From sequence record SRR20825010_1540: a stretch of 56,145 bases of DNA. One strand, written 5' to 3'. The notes beneath the pieces were generated by a model, which did not search any database, was not told the origin of the DNA, and was given only the letters and a program-made list of their open reading frames with translations. The position numbers were made by a program, and so were the translations under genes. This document shows positions 48,401 to 56,145 of the stretch, piece by piece (the stretch's first letter is position 1; each line of letters begins with the position of its first letter).

Positions 48401-48773
48401 AGTCTTGGATTCATGGACACCGACCAATACGGATACCGACTGGCCACGTTTTGTTTTCGTAAATGGAACCAAAAATGTTTGGAGAGGGAATGAAGGAGCA
48501 AGCTCAGGGGATAGTTCCAGCCTTTTAAATGCAGGTAATAGTCAGTTTTGGGAAAAAGGGGATTATTTGGCCCTAAGGGAAGTAACCTTCAGTTATGACG
48601 TCCCCTCCGAATATTTCAATGATGTCATTAAGAGACTGAACATTTTTGTAACGGGAAGTAACCTACATTACTTCAAAAGTTTCACTGGAGAAACTCCGGA
48701 AATAGGGGGTGTTCAGTACGGAGCATTTCCCGTCCCAAAGACCGTTACCATTGGATTAAACCTAACTTTTTAA
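45453..48773 (+). CDS. susC: SusC/RagA TonB-dependent transporter (NanO-like, sialic acid locus)
   Basis: VVVTGYGSQ, LKDAAATAIYGARSANGV, RNDGSSR, terminal Phe; heads the nan gene cluster. Confidence 0.93.
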   Translation: MKHLKKPWTGNGPTTKSVQNKKTTQSPSLVFTFILLLTFGLTFAQQKEITGTISDGSGQPLPGANVLVKGTSTGTQSDFDGNYIIMASTGDVLIFSYLGFTSQSITVGDQSTINAVLQEDAALLDEVVVTGYGSQTRATLTTSVSKLDTQILESSTRSNAATALQGTIAGLRVTNTTGQPGATPQIVLRGGTNFDGTGSPLILIDGIPGSFYALNSDDIESIEVLKDAAATAIYGARSANGVILVTTKSGKPGKSSINYKYKYSMNEERNDQKYIGAADFINYNRQSIAWYREAINNPGSFGAFLDGANSMGTGGDAISSPFTTQLLTADNQYLLNQPGWSTIPDILNPSQDILFYDNKTVGDRIYQNSATKDHYLSFDGGNEKGSYYLGLGLLDNDGLILGSGFKRYSGKFTGSYRITDNLKVNSNVLYSHSNLSLSPLGGDDTVFRRFQSQAPTSRTYDNNPDGTWSNIYAVGQNQGFGNPLYYQDKFVRKNLEQRLSASVGIDWSILDNLILSVDGSHFTINNHNESFNRAYRVGSTTGPLRTGREASVSLDRTLRNQLTGTLNYIKSVGSHNLNALIGAEYFKDNYFTTSAGTRNSPTDLIETLNAGAEANGIPSSFETEYVLASAFGRLLYDYDNKYLFGFTFRNDGSSRLGNNKSDFFPGVSLGWNLHNENFFANSNIANTISRIKPRLSYGVNGNQEVLSNYGVFGAYGSQGVYNGQTGYANSGLPTLDLQWEKSTTLNAGLDISFFKDRLTFITDVYSRDIKDKLANLTLPYYTGFSSILTNNGTIRNKGFELQVNGDIIQNQNLTWNVGATITSNRNYVEKLPENANDLYRQDGQLIWNAKTGEEEWVGGLQEGQRVGNDLVIAYEQEGIYASQAEADADSNIQDDFLPGDKNTHFAGDVKWKDQNGDGIINTLDRKVIGRTTPDFLGGLTTSLRYKNFNLFVKTDFATGHLVWNHIRNKGYGQTQGNLNQPTEVLDSWTPTNTDTDWPRFVFVNGTKNVWRGNEGASSGDSSSLLNAGNSQFWEKGDYLALREVTFSYDVPSEYFNDVIKRLNIFVTGSNLHYFKSFTGETPEIGGVQYGAFPVPKTVTIGLNLTF

Positions 48774-48783
48774 AATTAGAACG

Positions 48784-50289
48784 ATGAAGAAATATATTTC
48801 CATACTATTAATAGCCTTTACCATGGGCGCTTGCGAAAGTGAGTTGGAACTCACCAGCCCCAGTGAATTGACCACAGCCGGCTTTTGGGATACAGAAGAA
48901 GGGGTTAGAACCGCCCATACGGGCCTATATGCCAATTTAAGATCTTCTGCGGATGACTTATGGCTATTAGGTGAAATACGAAGTGATATTTGGGGTGGCA
49001 GAACCTTTGAATCGCCCAACAACGAATCCCTGATAAGATCCGACATTACCGTTGCCACGGCACCCTTTGGTGGCTGGGCAGGTCTGTACACCCGAATACA
49101 CCGTATCAACGATTTTCTGGCCAATGCCCCAGATGTTAGCTTTGTAAACGAAGAGGATAAAAACCATTTACTGGCACAAGCCTACGGTTTAAGGGCTTTA
49201 TACTATTACACCCTTCTAAAGACCTGGGGAGGAGTTCCTATCATTTTGGAACCCATAACCGATGTGGATCCCGCTAGTTTGAGCAAAGCCAGAGCAACCC
49301 AAGCAGAGGTTATGACCCAGATCAAAGCTGATATTGAAACCTCCTTGAGCACTTTTGCATCTGCAAACAATTTCTGGGAAGGCAATAGAAACTTCTGGTC
49401 CAAGGCGGCAACATTGGCCCTTAAAGGCGATGTTTATATTTGGTCGGGCAACCTAATGGGCGGTGGTGCTTCGGATTTTGAGGCCGCAAAAACAGCCTTA
49501 CAGCAGGTTGCTTCCTTCGGGGTGGCATTGGAGCCGAACATCTCGGACTTATGGGGTGTTGGAAATGAAGGAAATAGCGAGTTTATTTTTGCCATACAGT
49601 ACAAGCAGGATGAAGCTTCCAACTTTTACAACAGCCTTACCGGAAGAAGTACCGAAATAAACCCAACTTTTAATGACAAAGGCAACTCCATGGGCGATTT
49701 TGTAATCGCAGGAGCCAACAGATATGGACAATCGGAAAAAACAATACTGTTGCTGGACGACAATGACGACAGTCGCAAGGATGCCACTTTCATTAGGCTG
49801 TATGTGGACGATAATGGCGGACTTGGATATACAAACTATAATGAATCGGCCTACTTCGGTTCCGTATTCAATAAATTTTTGGGGCAGGTTATTGGGTCCG
49901 AGCGTATCTTTGAAAATGACGTTCCAGTCTACAGATATGCGGACGTAATCCTTTTATTGGCAGAGGCCAAAAACCTATTGGGGGAAGATCCTTCAGGAGA
50001 AATAAACCAAATTCGCCAAAGGGCATACGGTGATAATTATGCGCCCCTCCTCCACGCCTACACTAATGGATCTCCAACAGAAAATGCCAATGCCATCTTA
50101 GATGAGCGATATAAGGAGTTTATAGGTGAAGGCAAAAGATGGTGGGACTTAAGAAGGGCCGGGAACAGCTTTGTACTGGACAATATAAGCTTCTTAAACC
50201 CTGGTGACGAGTATAAATTGGTACTGCCCATTACAACGGATATGATCGGAAGAAACCCATTACTGGAACAAACTCCGGGATACAATTAA
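48784..50289 (+). CDS. susD: SusD family lipoprotein (NanU-like)
   Basis: Lipobox MGAC, LLGEIRSD, KTWGGVP, WSKAATLALKGDVYIW, YRYADVILL.AEA, EFIGEGKRWWDL, QTPGY. Confidence 0.9.
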   Translation: MKKYISILLIAFTMGACESELELTSPSELTTAGFWDTEEGVRTAHTGLYANLRSSADDLWLLGEIRSDIWGGRTFESPNNESLIRSDITVATAPFGGWAGLYTRIHRINDFLANAPDVSFVNEEDKNHLLAQAYGLRALYYYTLLKTWGGVPIILEPITDVDPASLSKARATQAEVMTQIKADIETSLSTFASANNFWEGNRNFWSKAATLALKGDVYIWSGNLMGGGASDFEAAKTALQQVASFGVALEPNISDLWGVGNEGNSEFIFAIQYKQDEASNFYNSLTGRSTEINPTFNDKGNSMGDFVIAGANRYGQSEKTILLLDDNDDSRKDATFIRLYVDDNGGLGYTNYNESAYFGSVFNKFLGQVIGSERIFENDVPVYRYADVILLLAEAKNLLGEDPSGEINQIRQRAYGDNYAPLLHAYTNGSPTENANAILDERYKEFIGEGKRWWDLRRAGNSFVLDNISFLNPGDEYKLVLPITTDMIGRNPLLEQTPGYN

Positions 50290-50323
50290 AATATTGAGTT
50301 AGTTTGAATTGAGTTGTTTGCTG

Positions 50324-50356
50324 AAAAAAGGGTTCCATTTTTTTGGAATCCTTTTT
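50324..50356 (+). terminator. Intrinsic terminator after susD
   Basis: AAAAAAGGGTTCCA...TGGAATCCTTTTT inverted repeat. Confidence 0.7.
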
Positions 50357-50400
50357 AAGCTTTAATTCCACAATTAAAACCATCCAATAAAAATTACCCA

Positions 50401-50417
50401 AATTGATTAAACCAATT
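50401..50417. promoter_or_regulatory. Putative GntR/FadR-family operator upstream of nanA
   Basis: AATTGATTAAACCAATT, one mismatch from the AATTGGTnnnACCAATT FadR-subfamily pattern. Confidence 0.5.
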
Positions 50418-50500
50418 GGGAAGTGTTGACTAATTTATTTTGGGAGAATGAAATCTTTGTGCGTAATTGTATTTTGTAATACATAATAAAAATTAAATAG

Positions 50501-51400
50501 ATGAAAGGACTAATAGCCGCGACTTATGCACCTATGCATAAGGATACCTCAATAAATTTGGGTATAATCTCCGAATACGGCCAATTTTTGAAAAACAACA
50601 AGGTAAGAGGGGCTTTTGTAAACGGATCCACCGGAGATTTTGTTTCCTTAACCACTAAAGAAAGGAAAGATATTATCACTGAATGGGCCGCGAACAAACC
50701 AAACGACTTTTTTCTGGTAAACCACGTTGGACATAATAGTTTAAAGGAAGCCAAAGCCTTGGCAACACATTCTGCCCAAAAGGTAGATGCCATAGCAGCA
50801 TTGGCCCCTTATTACTTTAGACTTAGTTCGTTAAAAAGTTTGTTGGAGTACTGCAAAGAGATTGCGAGTTGCGCTCCCAACACTCCCTTTTATTACTATC
50901 ACATACCGGTATTGACCGGTGCCAATTTCCTCATGCACGAATTTTTGGGATTGGCCTCCCGGGAAATTCCAAACTTTGCAGGGATCAAGTTTACCAACAA
51001 TAACCTGATAGACTATAAATATTGTAAGGATTTTGATAATGGCGCCTATAATATTCTGTTTGGTTTTGATGAAATCTTATTGGCGAGTCTTCCTTTGGGA
51101 GCAGAAGGCTGGGTAGGTAGCACCTACAACCATTTGGCGCCCTTGTATTTATCCATCATAGAAGCTTTCCAAAACAACGACCATAAGTTGGCTGCGGCCC
51201 TTCAGGAAAAATCCATGAAGTTCGTGGATACCCTAAATGCAAAAGGTGGTTTTAATGGGGCGGCCAAATCCTTTATGAAGGTCTTGGGCGTGGATTGTGG
51301 CCCCAGTAGATTTCCACATGCAACCCTTTCGCCAAAAGAATTGGAAGAAGCAAGATCGGCCTTGAATGCCTTGGGAATTATGGACCATACCAGCCGATGA
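50501..51400 (+). CDS. nanA: N-acetylneuraminate lyase (DHDPS family)
   Basis: FVNGSTG, YYYHIPVLTG, Schiff-base GIKFT, GFDE, VGSTYN; next to an epimerase and a sialidase. Confidence 0.88.
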   Translation: MKGLIAATYAPMHKDTSINLGIISEYGQFLKNNKVRGAFVNGSTGDFVSLTTKERKDIITEWAANKPNDFFLVNHVGHNSLKEAKALATHSAQKVDAIAALAPYYFRLSSLKSLLEYCKEIASCAPNTPFYYYHIPVLTGANFLMHEFLGLASREIPNFAGIKFTNNNLIDYKYCKDFDNGAYNILFGFDEILLASLPLGAEGWVGSTYNHLAPLYLSIIEAFQNNDHKLAAALQEKSMKFVDTLNAKGGFNGAAKSFMKVLGVDCGPSRFPHATLSPKELEEARSALNALGIMDHTSR

Positions 51401-53460
51401 ACATTATGATCAATAAAGTAACACAGCTATCCACCGCTTTCACCATATGTCTTCTATGGCTAAGTATGGGCTGTAAAACTGAAAAAACATTAATTTCCCT
51501 CGAAGATAGTTATCCAGTAATTCCTACTCCACAGGAAATTACTTATGGAACCAAACAGCTAACTTTTGAATTTGTCTCCATCACAGCCAATAAATTTAAA
51601 AAGGAAGGCAATCTTCTAGTAGATTTTTTTAATTCCAAGGGTATCGGCACCGCCAAAAACGGCCTAACTATCACTCTGATAAACAAGGAATTGCCCCATG
51701 TTGATAACGAAGAAGCCTATTCCCTAATTATAGGTGACACCATAGCACTAACTGCAGCAACGGACAAGGGCATTTTTTATGGAATTCAGACTTTAAAGCA
51801 ATTGTTCCGTAAACAAAACCGACTTGGTACATTTCCAGAAATAAAAATAGTGGACTGGCCCGCCTTTAAGATCCGTGGTTTTATGCACGATACGGGAAGA
51901 AACTTTCAATCCGTGGCGCAATTAAAGGAGCAGATAGACGTGTTGGCTCAATATAAAATGAACGTTTTTCACTGGCATTTAACCGATGATCCTGGATGGC
52001 GCTTGGAAAGTAAAAAGTATCCGGAATTACAATCCGATAAGGCCACGGCACGGGGGAAAGGAAAATTCTACAACCAGGAAGAGTTCAAAGAAATTTTAGA
52101 CTACTGTGCGGATAGGCAAATTACCCTTATTCCCGAGTTCGACATCCCGGGCCATACCGCAGCCTTTAGAAGGGCATTCGATTTGGAATCCATGGCAGAC
52201 CCAAGGGTCTTGCCCATACTTATGGATCTTTTTGACGAACTAATATCCCTAGGCAATGAAGATACAATGCCCTATATCCATATGGGTACGGATGAAGTGC
52301 GAAACAAGGAAGAATACGTGGACAACCAGATGATTCTAACCCTTATGGATCATATCAAGAAACAGGGCCGGGAAATAATTGTCTGGAAGGAAGGTATAGA
52401 AATTGAGGAAGATTCAACTTCCATAAATCAACTATGGGCCCAATATAGCCCTAGGGAAGGACATCGCTTTATAGATTCACGGGCCAACTACATTAATCAT
52501 TTGGATCCCTTTGCGGGCATGGCAAGATTATTTTTCCAGCAACCCTGCAGGCAACCTCAAGGCGATGAACTGGCTTTGGGAGGGATTCTATGCACCTGGC
52601 CGGACAACAATGTAAACCAAGAACGGGACATTCTAAGACAGAACCCAATTTATCCTTCAATACTTTTCTATTCTGATGCCATTTGGAAGGGAAAAGACAA
52701 GAACTATCCGGAATACTGGGCCAATTTACCGAAAAAAAACAGCCCCGAACTACAAGCTTTCCAGGCCTTTGAAGAAAAAGTACTGCTTCACAGGGATCTC
52801 TTCTTTAACGAAAAGGAATTTCCTTATGTGAAACAAACGGATATAGAGTGGAAAATTATAGGCCCGTTTGACCATAAGGGGGAGGTAGGCAAAATTTTTG
52901 AAGTGGAAAAGGTTTTGAAGGAATCCTACACCATAAATGATAAAATGTTTACATGGAACGGCCCCTATGTTGGTGCTACCATTCATTTAAAGCACTTCTT
53001 TGGCTTCCCTGCCTTAACAGAAGAAAAAAGTGGTACTTTCTATGCCCATACCAAAATATATTCGCCCGAGGCCCGTGAACAGGAATTTTGGATCGGGTTT
53101 CAGGGCTGGTCCAGGTCTGGCGGAAGAAGAGGCGGTCCTACCCCCAACCTAGGTGAATGGCATTACACACATCCAAAAATATGGGTCAATGGATCCCTGG
53201 TGGCCCCTCCTATATGGCAACAACCCAATTTAGGAGTGGAAACCCCTGAAATAGGCTTTGTGGACGAGGATTATTTTTATAGGTCACCAACAGTAGTTCC
53301 CTTAAAAAAAGGATGGAACAACCTTCTTCTAAAGATTCCACATGGAGGCAATTCCTGGAAATGGATGTTTAGTTGTGTCCCCATTAATAGGACGAAAGGA
53401 AACGTCAAAGAGGTTAAAGATTTAAAATTCAGTTCCTCCATGGATACAACACTAAAATGA
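51397..53460 (+). CDS. GH20 beta-N-acetylhexosaminidase, lipoprotein
   Basis: DWPAFKIRGFMHDTGRNF, FHWHLTD, PEFDIPGH, catalytic HMGTDE; ATGA overlap with nanA. Confidence 0.9.
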   Translation: MNIMINKVTQLSTAFTICLLWLSMGCKTEKTLISLEDSYPVIPTPQEITYGTKQLTFEFVSITANKFKKEGNLLVDFFNSKGIGTAKNGLTITLINKELPHVDNEEAYSLIIGDTIALTAATDKGIFYGIQTLKQLFRKQNRLGTFPEIKIVDWPAFKIRGFMHDTGRNFQSVAQLKEQIDVLAQYKMNVFHWHLTDDPGWRLESKKYPELQSDKATARGKGKFYNQEEFKEILDYCADRQITLIPEFDIPGHTAAFRRAFDLESMADPRVLPILMDLFDELISLGNEDTMPYIHMGTDEVRNKEEYVDNQMILTLMDHIKKQGREIIVWKEGIEIEEDSTSINQLWAQYSPREGHRFIDSRANYINHLDPFAGMARLFFQQPCRQPQGDELALGGILCTWPDNNVNQERDILRQNPIYPSILFYSDAIWKGKDKNYPEYWANLPKKNSPELQAFQAFEEKVLLHRDLFFNEKEFPYVKQTDIEWKIIGPFDHKGEVGKIFEVEKVLKESYTINDKMFTWNGPYVGATIHLKHFFGFPALTEEKSGTFYAHTKIYSPEAREQEFWIGFQGWSRSGGRRGGPTPNLGEWHYTHPKIWVNGSLVAPPIWQQPNLGVETPEIGFVDEDYFYRSPTVVPLKKGWNNLLLKIPHGGNSWKWMFSCVPINRTKGNVKEVKDLKFSSSMDTTLK

Positions 53461-53508
53461 ACCAATAAAATCTAAAAATACATTCAAAATTATTAATAAT
53501 AGGAATTC

Positions 53509-54681
53509 ATGATACCACAAAGTAGACTCTATAAGGATGCCCTATTGAACAATATCATCCCCTTTTGGGAAAGGCATTCCCTTGATCGTACAAACGGCGG
53601 CTATTTTACCTGTCTGGATAGGGAAGGCAAGGTTTACGACACCGATAAATTTATGTGGCTGCAAGGAAGACAGGCGTGGATGTTCTCTACCTTGTACAAC
53701 CAGGTGGAACCAAAGGAAAATTGGTTGGAAATTGCCAAAAGTGGGGTCGATTTCATAAGACATAAGGGAATGGATGCACAAGGCAATGTATATTTTTCCC
53801 TAACCGCAAACGGACAACCCTTGGTACAACCCTATAACATTTTTTCGGATTGTTTTGCGGCCATGGCTTTTGCCCAATATGGAATAGCAGCAGAAGATCA
53901 GGAATATAAAGAACTCGCCAAAAAAACGTATCTAAATATTCTTCAAAGAAAGGATAACCCCAAGGGAAAATATGAAAAAGGAACATTGGCCAGACCTTTA
54001 AAAAGTTTTGCCCTGCCCATGATCTTGTCCAATTTGGTTCTGGAGCTGGAAGACATATTGGAACCCAATGAAGTGGAGCGAACCATAGATTTTGCGGTTC
54101 AAGAGGTTATGGAAGTATTTCTGGATGGGAAATCCGGTATAATCTACGAATTCACAAAGCCCGACGGCAGTTTGGAAGACAGCTTTAACGGCCGTTTGCT
54201 GAATCCCGGTCATGGCATAGAAGCCATGTGGTTTATGATCGATATTGCCGTGAGAAGGAATGACCAGGAGTTAATAAATAAGGCTACTGAGACCATCGTC
54301 AAAATTCTGGAATACAGTTGGGACAAAGAATATGGCGGAATATTTTATTTTATGGATTCAAAGGGTCATCCTCCCCAACAATTGGAATGGGACCAAAAAT
54401 TATGGTGGGTGCATTTGGAGACTTTGGTAGCCCTTGCCAAGGCTTATGAACAAACCCAAAACCCGGAAATTTCCGCTTGGTACGCCAAGGTGCACGACTA
54501 TAGCTGGCAGCATTTTTCAGACCCACAACACGGAGAATGGTTTGGGTATCTAAATCGAAGGGGGGAAGTATTGTTAAACCTCAAAGGAGGCAAATGGAAG
54601 GGATGCTTTCATGTGCCACGAGCCATGCTCCAATGTTGGAAAGCCTTTGAGAGAATGGAGAATAAAGGAATAATAAAATAG
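53509..54681 (+). CDS. nanE: N-acylglucosamine 2-epimerase (AGE family)
   Basis: [49 protein letters not shown]. Confidence 0.9.
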   Translation: MIPQSRLYKDALLNNIIPFWERHSLDRTNGGYFTCLDREGKVYDTDKFMWLQGRQAWMFSTLYNQVEPKENWLEIAKSGVDFIRHKGMDAQGNVYFSLTANGQPLVQPYNIFSDCFAAMAFAQYGIAAEDQEYKELAKKTYLNILQRKDNPKGKYEKGTLARPLKSFALPMILSNLVLELEDILEPNEVERTIDFAVQEVMEVFLDGKSGIIYEFTKPDGSLEDSFNGRLLNPGHGIEAMWFMIDIAVRRNDQELINKATETIVKILEYSWDKEYGGIFYFMDSKGHPPQQLEWDQKLWWVHLETLVALAKAYEQTQNPEISAWYAKVHDYSWQHFSDPQHGEWFGYLNRRGEVLLNLKGGKWKGCFHVPRAMLQCWKAFERMENKGIIK

Positions 54682-54704
54682 AAACTATCGTAAATTTATA
54701 AAAT

Positions 54705-55835
54705 ATGAAAAATACAATTTTAGCACTTCTGTTGGTAAGCTTTAGTGCAACTGCACAACAAGAAACCTTCGAGATTGCCGATGGGGTAATACAGCATCAG
54801 GATCTGTTCAACACCACTATGAACCAGGATGTTTCCTGTTATCGCATCCCTGCCTTGACTACCGCCCCAAATGGCGACCTGATCGCCGCCATAGACGAAC
54901 GGGTACCTTCCTGTGGCGACCTAAAATGGAGCAAAGACATTAATATTGTGATAAGAAGAAGTGCTGATAATGGCAAAACTTGGTCAGCAATTGAAAAAAT
55001 TGTGGATTTTCCATTAGGTCAATCCGCTTCGGATCCTTCTATGATCGTCGATGCCATTACCAATGAAATTTTTCTTTTTTACAATTATATGGATCTGGAT
55101 AAGGAAAAGGACGTGTACTATTTACATGTGGTAAAAAGTGCAGATAACGGCAAGACCTGGAGCCAACCCGAAGATATTACCCCTCAAATTGCCAAGAAAG
55201 AATGGCATAACGATTTTAAATTTATCACCTCCGGTCGTGGTATACAGACCCGATCCGGCACCCTACTCCATTGCATGGTAAATCTAAATAACGGTTTACA
55301 TGTGTTTGGCAGTAAGGACCATGGAAAATCCTGGTTTTTTATAGACACTCCCGTAAGTCCTGCGGACGAATCCAAAATTATAGAGTTGGCCAATGGGGAT
55401 TGGATGATCAACGCCAGGGCGAATAAAGAGGGAAAAAGATATGTACATATTTCCAGTGATGAAGGAAAAAGCTGGGTAACCCAACCCGAACCTGCCTTGA
55501 TAGATCCAGGCTGTAATGCCAGTATAGTCCGCTATACCTCCACCGAGGATGGTTACCGAAAAAACAGATTGTTGTTTTCCAATGCCAAAAGTGAAAAAGA
55601 TCGCGTTAACATGACCGTTAGAATAAGTTATGATGAGGGCAAAACCTGGTCCGAAGGAAAAACTATTTACAAAGGGGAATCGGCTTATTCGTCCATGACC
55701 ATCATGGAGAACGGGGACATAGGTCTGTTTTTTGAACAGGACGATTACCAGAAGAATACTTTCGTAAGCTTTTCGCTAAAATGGCTGACAGATGGAAAAG
55801 ACAGGTACAGAAAGCCAAGGCCCAGGAAAAACTAA
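54705..55835 (+). CDS. nanH: GH33 exo-alpha-sialidase, secreted, catalytic domain only
   Basis: YRIP motif, five Asp boxes (SADNGKTW twice, SKDHGKSW, SSDEGKSW, SYDEGKTW), AYS nucleophile region, signal peptide. Confidence 0.9.
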   Translation: MKNTILALLLVSFSATAQQETFEIADGVIQHQDLFNTTMNQDVSCYRIPALTTAPNGDLIAAIDERVPSCGDLKWSKDINIVIRRSADNGKTWSAIEKIVDFPLGQSASDPSMIVDAITNEIFLFYNYMDLDKEKDVYYLHVVKSADNGKTWSQPEDITPQIAKKEWHNDFKFITSGRGIQTRSGTLLHCMVNLNNGLHVFGSKDHGKSWFFIDTPVSPADESKIIELANGDWMINARANKEGKRYVHISSDEGKSWVTQPEPALIDPGCNASIVRYTSTEDGYRKNRLLFSNAKSEKDRVNMTVRISYDEGKTWSEGKTIYKGESAYSSMTIMENGDIGLFFEQDDYQKNTFVSFSLKWLTDGKDRYRKPRPRKN

Positions 55836-56051
55836 ACTATTATGCAATGAAAATACATCCCTGCCTTTGCTGTCAGGAATTTGGAACGGAATGGATGATA
55901 CGTTGGTAGTATACAGTATTCAGTTGGCAACGTGACCTTGACTGAATAAGGTTTCCTTTTGCCAACTGTAGACTACCTAAGTTTTTGGAAACTATAAGTA
56001 ACCTGAGTTCGACTTATATCTAATTGTTAATTAGTTATTTATGATAATTTT

Positions 56052-56127
56052 GTCCGGTCGAGCGCAGTCGAGACCTCAATAAAAAGATATAACTCTCAAA
56101 AAACCTCTCGACTCCGCTACCATTGAC
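56052..56127. repeat. Inverted pair of REP-like palindromic repeats
   Basis: GTCCGGTCGAGCGCAGTCGAGACC (56052-56075) and an inverted degenerate copy CTCTCGACTCCGCT...TGAC (56105-56127). Confidence 0.6.
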
Positions 56128-56145
56128 GTCTTTATTAATAGTCTC

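Noticed and set aside
1-56145. CRISPR arrays, tRNA/rRNA genes, transposases, integrases, defence systems
   Set aside because: No regularly spaced repeats, structural RNA signatures or corresponding protein motifs were found by eye

Overview
Bacteroidota (Flavobacteriaceae-like, by inference from gene content) nutrient-scavenging region. I found no rRNA, tRNA, CRISPR or transposase. Left to right: (1) a GH92 alpha-mannosidase; (2) a five-gene amine gamma-glutamylation cassette (Eat-like APC permease, GS-like ligase, aldehyde dehydrogenase, Fe-alcohol dehydrogenase, class I amidotransferase), most likely for ethanolamine; (3) an enzyme-less ECF-sigma/FecR/SusC/SusD unit with a probable cis-antisense sRNA over the susC leader; (4) a ~27 kb apparent phytate/myo-inositol utilisation locus comprising a complete iol operon with an SSS symporter, PafA, a tandem two-domain beta-propeller phytase, a PepSY-like lipoprotein, a two-component system, a purple acid phosphatase, a TonB receptor, LacI and SusCD; (5) a small outer-membrane beta-barrel; (6) a sialic acid locus (NanOU-like SusCD, nanA, GH20, nanE, GH33 sialidase), followed by REP-like repeats. 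Two shared regulatory motifs can be read directly from the DNA. A LacI-type pseudo-palindrome ATGCAAAGGTTTGCAT lies before the iol operon and the second susC, with an inverted 15/16 copy before GH92. An 11-bp-period direct repeat with identical promoter spacing lies before both phosphatase operons. Together they suggest separately controlled carbon and phosphate arms of one inositol-phosphate system, possibly extending to mannosyl-inositol/GPI-type lipids. All functional calls are motif- and context-based; no database searches were run.
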